From IMG/VR virus record IMGVR_UViG_3300042546_000459: a stretch of 64,000 nt of DNA; one strand, given 5' to 3'. The notes under the pieces were generated by a model, which was given only the letters and a program-made list of their open reading frames with translations, was not told the origin of the DNA and searched no databases. Both the position numbers and the translations under genes were made by a program. Positions 36,661 through 44,300 of this stretch are shown in pieces. This stretch comes from an uncultured virus (IMG/VR IMGVR_UViG_3300042546_000459). Lineage: Duplodnaviria > Heunggongvirae > Uroviricota > Caudoviricetes. The first letter of the stretch is position 1; each line of letters starts with the position of its first letter.

Positions 36661-38253
36661 ATGAGAATTTTATCAATTTTTGATGGTCATGATGCATCGG
36701 CAACTGTTTTAAATAATGGTGTCATCGAACATTATTTAAAAGAAGAAAGATTCTCTAAAGTAAAGAAGGACAAAAAGATAGACAATATATTTAAAATTTG
36801 TTTAGAAAATTTTGTAGATAAGTGTGACTATTTTATTTTTAGAACTAATGATACTAATGAAGTAAAGGATGATAAAAATAAAATAATTCAGCAAAAGAAT
36901 AAAAATATAATATTAATAAATTCTAATACTCATCATCACTTATATCATGCATCAATTGCTTTTTATAATAGTGGATTTGAAAGAAGCGTAGTGCTAGTAG
37001 TAGATTCTTCTGGAGCAATATTAAAAAATATGCATGAGTGTGAATCTGTTTATATTTTAGAATATCCAGATAAGATAACTCCAATTTATAAAAACCATCA
37101 TAGTTCTATTCCACAAAATTTAGATAAAAGTATTGATGGGTGTCGATACATTTGTAAATCACAATATGGAATAGGTAATTTATATGATGGTGTTGCAATG
37201 ATTATGGGGCAAACCATTGATGATTGTGGTAAGGCAATGGGGTTGTCATCATATGGGAATAGAATTCCAGATTTTATTAATTTTTTTGATAAGACAATAG
37301 ATGAACCAATAGTATTATTAAATGATGCTGAAGAAAGATTGTTTTTTAATTTAATTGACAATGGAAAGAATGTAAAAATTACAGAAGATAATTATCAGTT
37401 TTATGCTGATTATTGTCTTGAGGTTCAAGTTCAAACACAAGAAGCTATTTGTAAGTTAGTAAAAAATTCTATTGAAAAAACTGGTATAAAAAATGTCTGC
37501 ATAAGTGGTGGATATGGAATGAATATAATATCCAATCATTTATTAACTAAAAGATTTCCCAATATCAATTTTTATTTTGAACCTCTTTGTGATGATGGTG
37601 GGATATCTATAGGTGCAGCAATGTATGCATATAGAAAGATAACCAAAGATTCACAAATAATTCCAATAAAAAATACATTTGTTCATGGTTTTAAATATGA
37701 CATATCACAATATAAAGGAACTACTGTAGATATAAAACAACTTGCCAAAATTTTATATACCAATAAATCTGTTGCAATATATAATGATCTTGCTGAATCT
37801 GGGCAGCGGGCATTGGGCAATAGGTCTATTTTATTCAATGCGTTAAACCTTAATGCAAAAGAAATAGTTAATGGCATTAAAAAAAGAGAATGGTATAGAC
37901 CTTTTGCTGCTATAGTTTTGGAAGAGGATGCTGACCAATATTTTGATATGAGAGATTTAAAATCGAATCCTTTTATGACAGTGTGCTTTCCAGTAAAAAC
38001 TGATATAATTCCAGGTGTAACTCATGTCGATAAAACCTGTAGAGTCCAAACGGTTAATAGTGGACACTTGAAAGAACTTCTGCTAGAATTTAAAAAAATT
38101 AGCGGACATGGAATTCTTTTAAATACTAGTTTTAATCTTGCTGGGGAACCATTAGTAGAAACTCCTGAAGATGCATTTAAAACATTAAACAACTCATCTT
38201 TAGATTATCTTTGGTTTTATGAATCAAAGCAACTGTTTAATTCTTATTATTAA
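36661..38253 (+). CDS. Second carbamoyltransferase (NodU/CmcH family)
   Basis: GHDAS, EERFSKVK, HHLYHA, GKAMGL, DDGGISIGAA, RALGNRS, NTSFNLAGEP. Confidence 0.9.
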   Translation: MRILSIFDGHDASATVLNNGVIEHYLKEERFSKVKKDKKIDNIFKICLENFVDKCDYFIFRTNDTNEVKDDKNKIIQQKNKNIILINSNTHHHLYHASIAFYNSGFERSVVLVVDSSGAILKNMHECESVYILEYPDKITPIYKNHHSSIPQNLDKSIDGCRYICKSQYGIGNLYDGVAMIMGQTIDDCGKAMGLSSYGNRIPDFINFFDKTIDEPIVLLNDAEERLFFNLIDNGKNVKITEDNYQFYADYCLEVQVQTQEAICKLVKNSIEKTGIKNVCISGGYGMNIISNHLLTKRFPNINFYFEPLCDDGGISIGAAMYAYRKITKDSQIIPIKNTFVHGFKYDISQYKGTTVDIKQLAKILYTNKSVAIYNDLAESGQRALGNRSILFNALNLNAKEIVNGIKKREWYRPFAAIVLEEDADQYFDMRDLKSNPFMTVCFPVKTDIIPGVTHVDKTCRVQTVNSGHLKELLLEFKKISGHGILLNTSFNLAGEPLVETPEDAFKTLNNSSLDYLWFYESKQLFNSYY

Positions 38254-38276
38254 TATATAATTTAATCTGAGAGCAC

Positions 38277-38642
38277 ATGAATTTAATGACCGACAATCTT
38301 TTCGATGTTCATCATGATGTTGAAAAGGCTATTGACCTTGCTTTTAATGGAAAATTTGTTTTAAATTTTTATGATTATTTAAAAGTTAATAGTGCAAAAA
38401 GATATCAAGTTGAAACATTCATTGAGAGTAAAACCGCTAATAATATTAATAATATTATTATGGATTTAGATGAATATTTGGAGGGTGGTTCTGATAATGA
38501 ACATAAACTTCTTAGGGAAGCATATGGACATATTCCTAAACCACAAGCAAGAAAAATTAGAAACTACCTTTATGGTATTTTAGAAGATGCCTGGAGATAT
38601 AGTAATGATAGAAGACCAGGAAGAAAAAAGCAAACTAAATAA
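38277..38642 (+). CDS. Conserved cyanophage hypothetical protein
   Basis: YLEGG....LREAYGHIPKPQARKIRNYL. Confidence 0.7.
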   Translation: MNLMTDNLFDVHHDVEKAIDLAFNGKFVLNFYDYLKVNSAKRYQVETFIESKTANNINNIIMDLDEYLEGGSDNEHKLLREAYGHIPKPQARKIRNYLYGILEDAWRYSNDRRPGRKKQTK

Positions 38643-38676
38643 TCATGAACCCGAAATTAATCGGGGATTTGAGTTA

Positions 38677-38814
38677 ATGTTAAGACAGAATAATAGGAGG
38701 GAAAATTCATTAACGCCAAAAACATTTGAGATAATGTTTGGTAAAATGGTTTCTCTCTTCAAACGAGAGTTCCATATTCAGTTCCAATTTATCTTTGATG
38801 TAAAAAAGATTTAA
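38677..38814 (+). CDS. Small hypothetical protein
   Basis: In-frame Met of ORF 38587; start uncertain. Confidence 0.45.
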   Translation: MLRQNNRRENSLTPKTFEIMFGKMVSLFKREFHIQFQFIFDVKKI

Positions 38815-38830
38815 CTCTCGGGAGAAAAAA

Positions 38831-39055
38831 ATGTTAGCAGTAACTCTTACTTTAGGAACATTAATTTCTATTATGTTCTTTTTTGTTGGTGGATTATGCG
38901 GATGGATGGTAAAACAGTATTTAATTGAAAGAAATTATACCGCATATACACATCCCGAAATGTTTGATGAAAACGGAAATGTTATTCCAGACGAAATTTT
39001 AGCAGTACGATTTGAAAACAGTTATGACGACTACGAAGACGAAGAAGACGACTGA
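38831..39055 (+). CDS. Small membrane protein
   Basis: N-terminal TM helix; HPEMFDENGN..PDEILAVRFEN. Confidence 0.7.
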   Translation: MLAVTLTLGTLISIMFFFVGGLCGWMVKQYLIERNYTAYTHPEMFDENGNVIPDEILAVRFENSYDDYEDEEDD

Positions 39056-39602
39056 AAGAACTAGTAAATCTACAATTACGGAACTTCAACCTAATGCTTT
39101 TCAGTTTGAAATTTTAGAACTAGCATCAAAACAAAGGTCGAATGCTAATAAGGTTGAAGTTCTAAAAAAATATAGAAATGATGCTTTGGTATCTATATTG
39201 ATTTGGAATTTTGATGAATCTATTATTTCACTTTTACCTGTAGGTGAAGTTCCATATTCTCGCGTAGAAGAGCAATCTTCTTTTAATGATACCTTGTCTG
39301 CGTCTCTATCTAAATCTGCAAAAGTGGAAGGTTTGAGTAGGGCAGATGAATTTATCAGAGAAAGACATACATCTATTCGAAATGAATATCAAAACTTTTA
39401 TAATTATCTTCAAGGCGGAAATCCAGCACTTAGTTCTTTACGTAGAGAAACTATGTTCATTCAAATGCTGGAAGGACTTCATCCTCTTGAAGCAGAAATT
39501 ATGTGCTTAGTCAAAGATAAAAAGTTAACTGATAGATATAAAATCACCTTTGACCTTGTTAAAGAAGCATATCCCGATGTTGTTTGGGGAGGTCGCTCTT
39601 AA
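39024..39602 (+). CDS. Conserved T4-like hypothetical protein
   Basis: WNFD.SI.SLLP.GEVPY, RRETMFIQMLEGLHP.EAE. Confidence 0.7.
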   Translation: MTTTKTKKTTERTSKSTITELQPNAFQFEILELASKQRSNANKVEVLKKYRNDALVSILIWNFDESIISLLPVGEVPYSRVEEQSSFNDTLSASLSKSAKVEGLSRADEFIRERHTSIRNEYQNFYNYLQGGNPALSSLRRETMFIQMLEGLHPLEAEIMCLVKDKKLTDRYKITFDLVKEAYPDVVWGGRS

Positions 39603-39859
39603 TGTGTAAAATTATTCATGAAAATTGTGATGTATCTTTGGCAAAGGACAAGACTTTGCCATTAAACTCCTATCTTGTAAAATATTACAAAGAAGATAAT
39701 CTACAATATGATATTGTTATCTGTAATAAACGTGCAGATATTTTTGATATTTATTGGGATAGGTATAGAGAAGGTTTAAAGTCTATAAAATGGACTGATG
39801 GTAGAGTTAATCCAAAACTTTGGGGAATTGAACCTAAGGAGGGTAAAAAGAAAAAATGA
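39602..39859 (+). CDS. Conserved cyanophage hypothetical protein
   Basis: TAATG coupling; IFD.YWD.Y, G.VNPKLWG. Confidence 0.7.
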   Translation: MCKIIHENCDVSLAKDKTLPLNSYLVKYYKEDNLQYDIVICNKRADIFDIYWDRYREGLKSIKWTDGRVNPKLWGIEPKEGKKKK

Positions 39860-40062
39860 CAACAGGATTTGGTGGAACTCCGAATAAAAAGAATAAAGCA
39901 ACAGTAATAGTTAATGATGATGAAGTTACAAAATTAATTAAAGAGTATAAAAAAATAAAAAAATATATGAAGTCTTCATTATATAAAATTATGACACTTG
40001 ATGGGACCGAAAAAAAAGTGTCTAGTTTATTAGAAGAATACGGTGAAGATGATATCTCCTAA
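39856..40062 (+). CDS. Hypothetical protein
   Basis: ATGA coupling to the previous gene. Confidence 0.55.
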   Translation: MTTGFGGTPNKKNKATVIVNDDEVTKLIKEYKKIKKYMKSSLYKIMTLDGTEKKVSSLLEEYGEDDIS

Positions 40063-40780
40063 ATGGAAAGACCAAATACTTAATTTAGATTGGAAAAAAT
40101 ACAATGATACTGTTTATAATTCAGTATCATTTAATTATTTTCCTAAAGAACAATTGGATATTGATGCTATCGGGGAAACCGATGTTTTTTATAAGTTGGA
40201 TGAACTTAAAATAGCATATATTCCAATATATAAAAATGCATCTACATCAATAAAAAATTCTTTAAACTTTGAACCAGTTTATATAAAACCAAAGAAAGAA
40301 GAAATATTTGATATTGATATACCAAAAGAATATAGAGATTATAAATTTTTTACTATTATTAGAGATCCAAAAACTAGATGGATTTCTGGAATTAATGAAT
40401 TCATAAACATATATCAAGATCTTGGTGTAGATTTTGATGGTGATATAAAGGGATCTAGAAAAAAATTTTTGCTTGAGTTAAAAAGAAATAAATTTATATT
40501 TGATGGGCATACAAGACCTCAACTATCATCTATTGATTTTTGCTTTAAGTATGACATTGATTTATCTCTTATAAAAATGGATGAGAAGTTAGAAGAAAAA
40601 ATATCTGATTTTGTGGGAAAATATATTAAATTGCGACATGATAATCCCATTGAAAAATATAAATTTAAATTGGAAAATTATAATTTTTGTTATCAAATAT
40701 TAAACAGATATTGTATGAAGAATAGTTCATTCTTAGAGTTATATGATATGGATTTTTATCTGTACAATAACTCTTTTTAA
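40049..40780 (+). CDS. Sulfotransferase family protein
   Basis: IPIYKNASTSI, IRDPKTRWISG, HTRPQ, LYDMDFYLY. Confidence 0.7.
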   Translation: MISPKWKDQILNLDWKKYNDTVYNSVSFNYFPKEQLDIDAIGETDVFYKLDELKIAYIPIYKNASTSIKNSLNFEPVYIKPKKEEIFDIDIPKEYRDYKFFTIIRDPKTRWISGINEFINIYQDLGVDFDGDIKGSRKKFLLELKRNKFIFDGHTRPQLSSIDFCFKYDIDLSLIKMDEKLEEKISDFVGKYIKLRHDNPIEKYKFKLENYNFCYQILNRYCMKNSSFLELYDMDFYLYNNSF

Positions 40781-40822
40781 ATGAATCTAAATATAAAATA
40801 ATCTTTTTTTTCGTTGTTTAGA

Positions 40823-41149
40823 ATGGGCAAGCATTATCTACTTAATTTGTATGGGTGTTCTTTTTCTTTATTGAACGATTCAGAATTTTTAATAGATCTT
40901 TTAGAAAATGCTGCATATGCTAGTGGAGCTACAGTATTGCAGACAGTTTATAAAAAGTTCGACCCTCAAGGGGTAACTGTTTTGTGTTTACTTTCTGAAA
41001 GTCACATTAGCATTCATACATGGCCAGAAGAGGGAAAGGCTGCTTGCGATGTTTATACGTGCGGAACATCTAACCCTAAAATAGGATGTGATATTATAAT
41101 TGAACAATTAAAGTCTGAAAATCATACATTAAGTTATATTGAGAGATGA
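40823..41149 (+). CDS. speD: S-adenosylmethionine decarboxylase proenzyme
   Basis: GKH, F.PQGVT, LSESHISIHTWPE (ES cleavage site), DVYTCG. Confidence 0.93.
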   Translation: MGKHYLLNLYGCSFSLLNDSEFLIDLLENAAYASGATVLQTVYKKFDPQGVTVLCLLSESHISIHTWPEEGKAACDVYTCGTSNPKIGCDIIIEQLKSENHTLSYIER

Positions 41150-41631
41150 ATATTGATACTATCATAGTAGATAAATTTTTAGATAATCCAAATTTAGTGA
41201 GAGAATCTGTATTAAAAATACCATTCATACATTCTGGAACATTCCCTGGACTAAGGAGTGATGCTGCGGATAAAGATTATCAAAAAATGGTTAAAGATAA
41301 ATTTACAAAAATTTTAGGAACAAGTAATATTATCTTTAGAAAAGACCGCGATTGTTTTAGATTTCAACTATGCTTTGAAAATGATGATAGTTGGATACAT
41401 AAAGATGATTCCGAATGGGCAGGAGTTTTGTATTTAACTCCAAATGCTGATGTAAATTCTGGGACAGGAATATATGATCAAAATCAAAATTTGGTCACTA
41501 TAATTGGGAATGTTTATAATAGATTGGTATTATACCGAGGAGATTTATTTCATAGAAGTTTAGTTTCTGGTTTTGGTGATACTGTAGAAACTGGAAGACT
41601 TACTCAAGTATTCTTTTTTGATATAAATTAA
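41146..41631 (+). CDS. 2OG-Fe(II) oxygenase-like protein (DUF6445-like)
   Basis: VDKFLDNP, FPGLRS, WIHKD, AGVLYL, YNRLVLY..FH, RLTQVFF. Confidence 0.75.
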   Translation: MNIDTIIVDKFLDNPNLVRESVLKIPFIHSGTFPGLRSDAADKDYQKMVKDKFTKILGTSNIIFRKDRDCFRFQLCFENDDSWIHKDDSEWAGVLYLTPNADVNSGTGIYDQNQNLVTIIGNVYNRLVLYRGDLFHRSLVSGFGDTVETGRLTQVFFFDIN

Positions 41632-41654
41632 ATTTTTCTTATAGTATAAAAATA

Positions 41655-42527
41655 ATGAATAAAAAAAATCTTTATTCCAGTTCTCCAAAAAGATTATTTA
41701 CTTTTGGGTGTAGTTTTACTGATTATGCTTGGGCAACGTGGGCAAATATACTTGGATTTGAATTGAATAAAACTACTGGATGTGAATTTTATAATTTTGG
41801 TAAATGTGCATCTGGTAATACATACATAGCAAATATTATTTCTCAGGTAGATCAACATTATAATTTTAATTCAGATGATCTTGTAATTGTTTGTTGGACA
41901 AGTATCACAAGAGAAGATAGGTGGATAACCGATAGATGGGAATGCCACGGCAACATATACTCACCAAACACAATATACGATAAAGTTGTTGTTGAAAAAA
42001 TAGCAGATATTTTTCATTTTTTAATGAGAGATTTGTCTAATATAAAACTTGTAGATTCTTTGTTGAAAGATAAAACACAATACCATTTTCTTTCGATAAA
42101 AAACTTATTAAATGATAAATTGCATACTAATAAAAATTATTATAAATTAAAAAAAAATTATAAAAATATAATTGATAAAATATATCCTAGTTATTCTGAG
42201 GTTTTGTGGAAAAATGATATTAGAATAAAAACTTATAATGACAAAAATATCTTCCATAAAAATTATGTAGAAGGACATCCATCTCCATTAGAGCATTTTA
42301 AATATTTGTGTAATATCTTTGATTATAATTTTTCAGATGATACTAAAGATGTTGTGGAAAAAATCAACGATGAATATAGAAATTTAATTATAGATTTGTA
42401 TTCTGACCAAGACAAAGAATGTCATCCAGCAGATTTGCCCGAAGAAAAGCTAAATGAATATCATTTAAGATGTCGAAATTTTTTAATATATAATTCTAAA
42501 AAGTTATCTGATCTAATAATTGTATAG
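41655..42527 (+). CDS. Hypothetical protein, SGNH-like
   Basis: LFTFGCSFT, WT...RED, GHPSP. Confidence 0.55.
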   Translation: MNKKNLYSSSPKRLFTFGCSFTDYAWATWANILGFELNKTTGCEFYNFGKCASGNTYIANIISQVDQHYNFNSDDLVIVCWTSITREDRWITDRWECHGNIYSPNTIYDKVVVEKIADIFHFLMRDLSNIKLVDSLLKDKTQYHFLSIKNLLNDKLHTNKNYYKLKKNYKNIIDKIYPSYSEVLWKNDIRIKTYNDKNIFHKNYVEGHPSPLEHFKYLCNIFDYNFSDDTKDVVEKINDEYRNLIIDLYSDQDKECHPADLPEEKLNEYHLRCRNFLIYNSKKLSDLIIV

Positions 42528-42536
42528 TATTATACA
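42521..42536. promoter_or_regulatory. NtcA-binding box
   Basis: TGTA-TAGTATTA-TACA, the extended consensus TGTA-N8-TACA, just upstream of a promoter and glutamine riboswitch. Confidence 0.7.
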
Positions 42537-42572
42537 AGACCTCTTGACTAAATACGTCAAGAGGTCTATGAT
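42537..42572 (+). promoter_or_regulatory. Sigma70 promoter embedded in a 12-bp inverted repeat
   Basis: TTGACT(42544)-N17-TATGAT(42567); AGACCTCTTGAC/GTCAAGAGGTCT arms; TAAATA in the loop. Confidence 0.7.
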
Positions 42573-42579
42573 GACCTTA

Positions 42580-42674
42580 CGTTCATCAGAGGAAACTCTG
42601 ACGCAAGTAGGACGGCGGAACGGTACGTTCATTCGCTATTCGCAAATAGCGAACGCAAACCGCCCGAAGGAACG
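42580..42674 (+). ncRNA. Twin glutamine riboswitch (glnA-motif-like), tandem or nested
   Basis: Two CGTTCA-[hairpin]-CGCA units and two GGAACG strands; AGTA/GAA E-loop halves; directly upstream of GGAGG and a DUF4278-like ORF. Confidence 0.8.
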
Positions 42675-42710
42675 GGACCTAAAAATCTCATTTCTTTGGA
42701 GGAAATTCTA

Positions 42711-42848
42711 ATGTCTAAAGTAGTATATCGCGGCGTTGAATATAATACCGAAAAGCGTATTCAATACCAACAGCAGATGATGCAGCAACCCCAACAGTAT
42801 AACGAAACCTATCGTGGTGTTAAGTTTACTAAGGAGGGTCATAAGTGA
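42711..42848 (+). CDS. DUF4278-like small protein, 45 aa (MSKVVYRGVEY...ETYRGVKFTKEGHK)
   Basis: Read manually; two YRGV motifs; GGAGG RBS at 42698-42702. Confidence 0.85.
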   Translation: MSKVVYRGVEYNTEKRIQYQQQMMQQPQQYNETYRGVKFTKEGHK

Positions 42849-42946
42849 TGAAAAAACTTAATGTACTTCAACTCATTAAAGAGCAGAAGCAAAAAGAGCA
42901 ACGTCGTCATGAAGCATCACTTGCCCAACTAGTTGGCAATAGATAA
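42848..42946 (+). CDS. Small helical protein, 32 aa (MKKLNVLQLIKEQKQKEQRRHEASLAQLVGNR)
   Basis: TGATG coupling; AAGGAGG at the end of the upstream ORF. Confidence 0.7.
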   Translation: MKKLNVLQLIKEQKQKEQRRHEASLAQLVGNR

Positions 42947-43101
42947 TGAAAGATTACCATTATCACTATGATGATATGGATAAGGACAGTAGAAGTCCAG
43001 CTTGTTATCTTTTAACATATCGTGGGTGTCGATACTGGTCATGTTATCGTATTCATCTAGTGGAATGGTTTGAAAAAATGTTTAAATCTGAGGGGTCTTG
43101 A
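42946..43101 (+). CDS. Small protein, 51 aa, with DUF4278-like LTYRGCRY motif
   Basis: TAATG coupling; MKDYHYHYDDMDKDSRSPACYLLTYRGCRYWSCYRIHLVEWFEKMFKSEGS. Confidence 0.65.
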   Translation: MKDYHYHYDDMDKDSRSPACYLLTYRGCRYWSCYRIHLVEWFEKMFKSEGS

Positions 43102-43117
43102 CACCCCTCTTTTTTTT
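43090..43117 (+). terminator. Rho-independent terminator closing the micro-ORF operon
   Basis: GAGGGG-TCTTGACA-CCCCTC followed by 8 T. Confidence 0.85.
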
Positions 43118-43126
43118 AACTATAAT
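43098..43126 (+). promoter_or_regulatory. Consensus sigma70 (early) promoter
   Basis: TTGACA-N17-TATAAT. Confidence 0.85.
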
Positions 43127-43149
43127 TACCTTTGAAACGGTTGATAAAA

Positions 43150-43320
43150 ATGGATGTAGAAAAGGTTAAGCTAATTGTCAGAAACCTTGAGTCTCTGGTA
43201 GAATGCCTGAAGTCAGAAATTTATTCTGACACGACTCCATATCAAATGGATTACGAAGAATCTAACTTTCAAATTACAGATTACGACGAAGTATTTTATG
43301 ACGGAGACGAAGATGAATAA
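43150..43320 (+). CDS. Conserved cyanophage small protein
   Basis: MDVEKVKLIVRNLESLVECLKSEIYSD; acidic tail. Confidence 0.7.
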   Translation: MDVEKVKLIVRNLESLVECLKSEIYSDTTPYQMDYEESNFQITDYDEVFYDGDEDE

Positions 43321-44032
43321 TCAGATTGATGAATTTGAGTTTATGAAACCAGAAGTAAAACTTATTAGTGTTACCCCAAATGCAGAAAAACACATGGCGT
43401 ATTGTGCCCGTGTAAGTAATCCTGCTAATCAAGAGAATGAAAAGTTCTCTGGACTGCTCAAGTATTGTATTCAACATCAGCACTGGAGTATTTTTGAACA
43501 GGCAAGTATGACTGTTGAGATTAATACTACTCGTGGACTGGCAGCACAAATTCTTCGTCACCGTTCATTTACATATCAAGAATTTTCACAACGGTATGCT
43601 GATACTAATCTCCTAAACAAGACTATTCCTCTTCCTGAACTTCGTCGTCAGGATACAAAGAACCGTCAAAATAGCATTGATGACATTCCAGATTATCTGA
43701 AACTGGTTTTACTTGAAGACATTCGTGTTTTGTTTGAACACTCTCAAAAACTCTACAATCGTCTTCTAGAGAAGGGTGTGGCAAAGGAGTGTGCAAGGTT
43801 TGTATTGCCCTTGGCGACCCCTACAAGACTCTATATGACGGGCTCTGTGCGTTCTTGGATCCACTACATTGATTTGCGTTCAGCACACGGTACACAGAAG
43901 GAACACATGGAGATTGCTGAACTAGTTCGTTGCATCTTTACGTGTCAGTTCCCTGCAGTGTCTGAAGCACTTGGATGGACTCGTGAAGGTTGTTCTGAAT
44001 GCGTGGATGCACCTTCTATTACGATCGAATAA
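43313..44032 (+). CDS. thyX: Flavin-dependent thymidylate synthase
   Basis: HWSIFE, QILRHRSFTYQEFSQRY, KECARFVLP. Confidence 0.96.
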   Translation: MNNQIDEFEFMKPEVKLISVTPNAEKHMAYCARVSNPANQENEKFSGLLKYCIQHQHWSIFEQASMTVEINTTRGLAAQILRHRSFTYQEFSQRYADTNLLNKTIPLPELRRQDTKNRQNSIDDIPDYLKLVLLEDIRVLFEHSQKLYNRLLEKGVAKECARFVLPLATPTRLYMTGSVRSWIHYIDLRSAHGTQKEHMEIAELVRCIFTCQFPAVSEALGWTREGCSECVDAPSITIE

Positions 44033-44057
44033 ATATTGTTACAGTTTATGGTAATTT

Positions 44058-44300
44058 ATGGCAATTTATCCTATCATCAATAAAGAGACTGGGGAACAAA
44101 AAGTCATTGAGATGAGTGTTCATGAAATCACTCAGTGGTATAAAGATAATCCAGAATGGCAACGAGATTGGTCTGAAGGATGTGCTTCTCTTGGAGAAGT
44201 TGGTGAATGGAAAGACCAACTCATCAAAAAACATCCTGGTTGGAATGAAGTTCTTGAAAAAGCGTCTAAAGCCCCTAAGTCCCTTGTTAAGAAAATCTAA
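44058..44300 (+). CDS. Conserved cyanophage hypothetical protein
   Basis: MAIYPIINKETGE..., W.DNPEW.RDW, GWNEVL. Confidence 0.7.
   Translation: MAIYPIINKETGEQKVIEMSVHEITQWYKDNPEWQRDWSEGCASLGEVGEWKDQLIKKHPGWNEVLEKASKAPKSLVKKI

Noticed and set aside
42520..42711. 63-aa ORF in the ORF track
   Set aside because: It overlaps the NtcA box, promoter and riboswitch, has a TTG start and no RBS; the region is better explained as a non-coding leader
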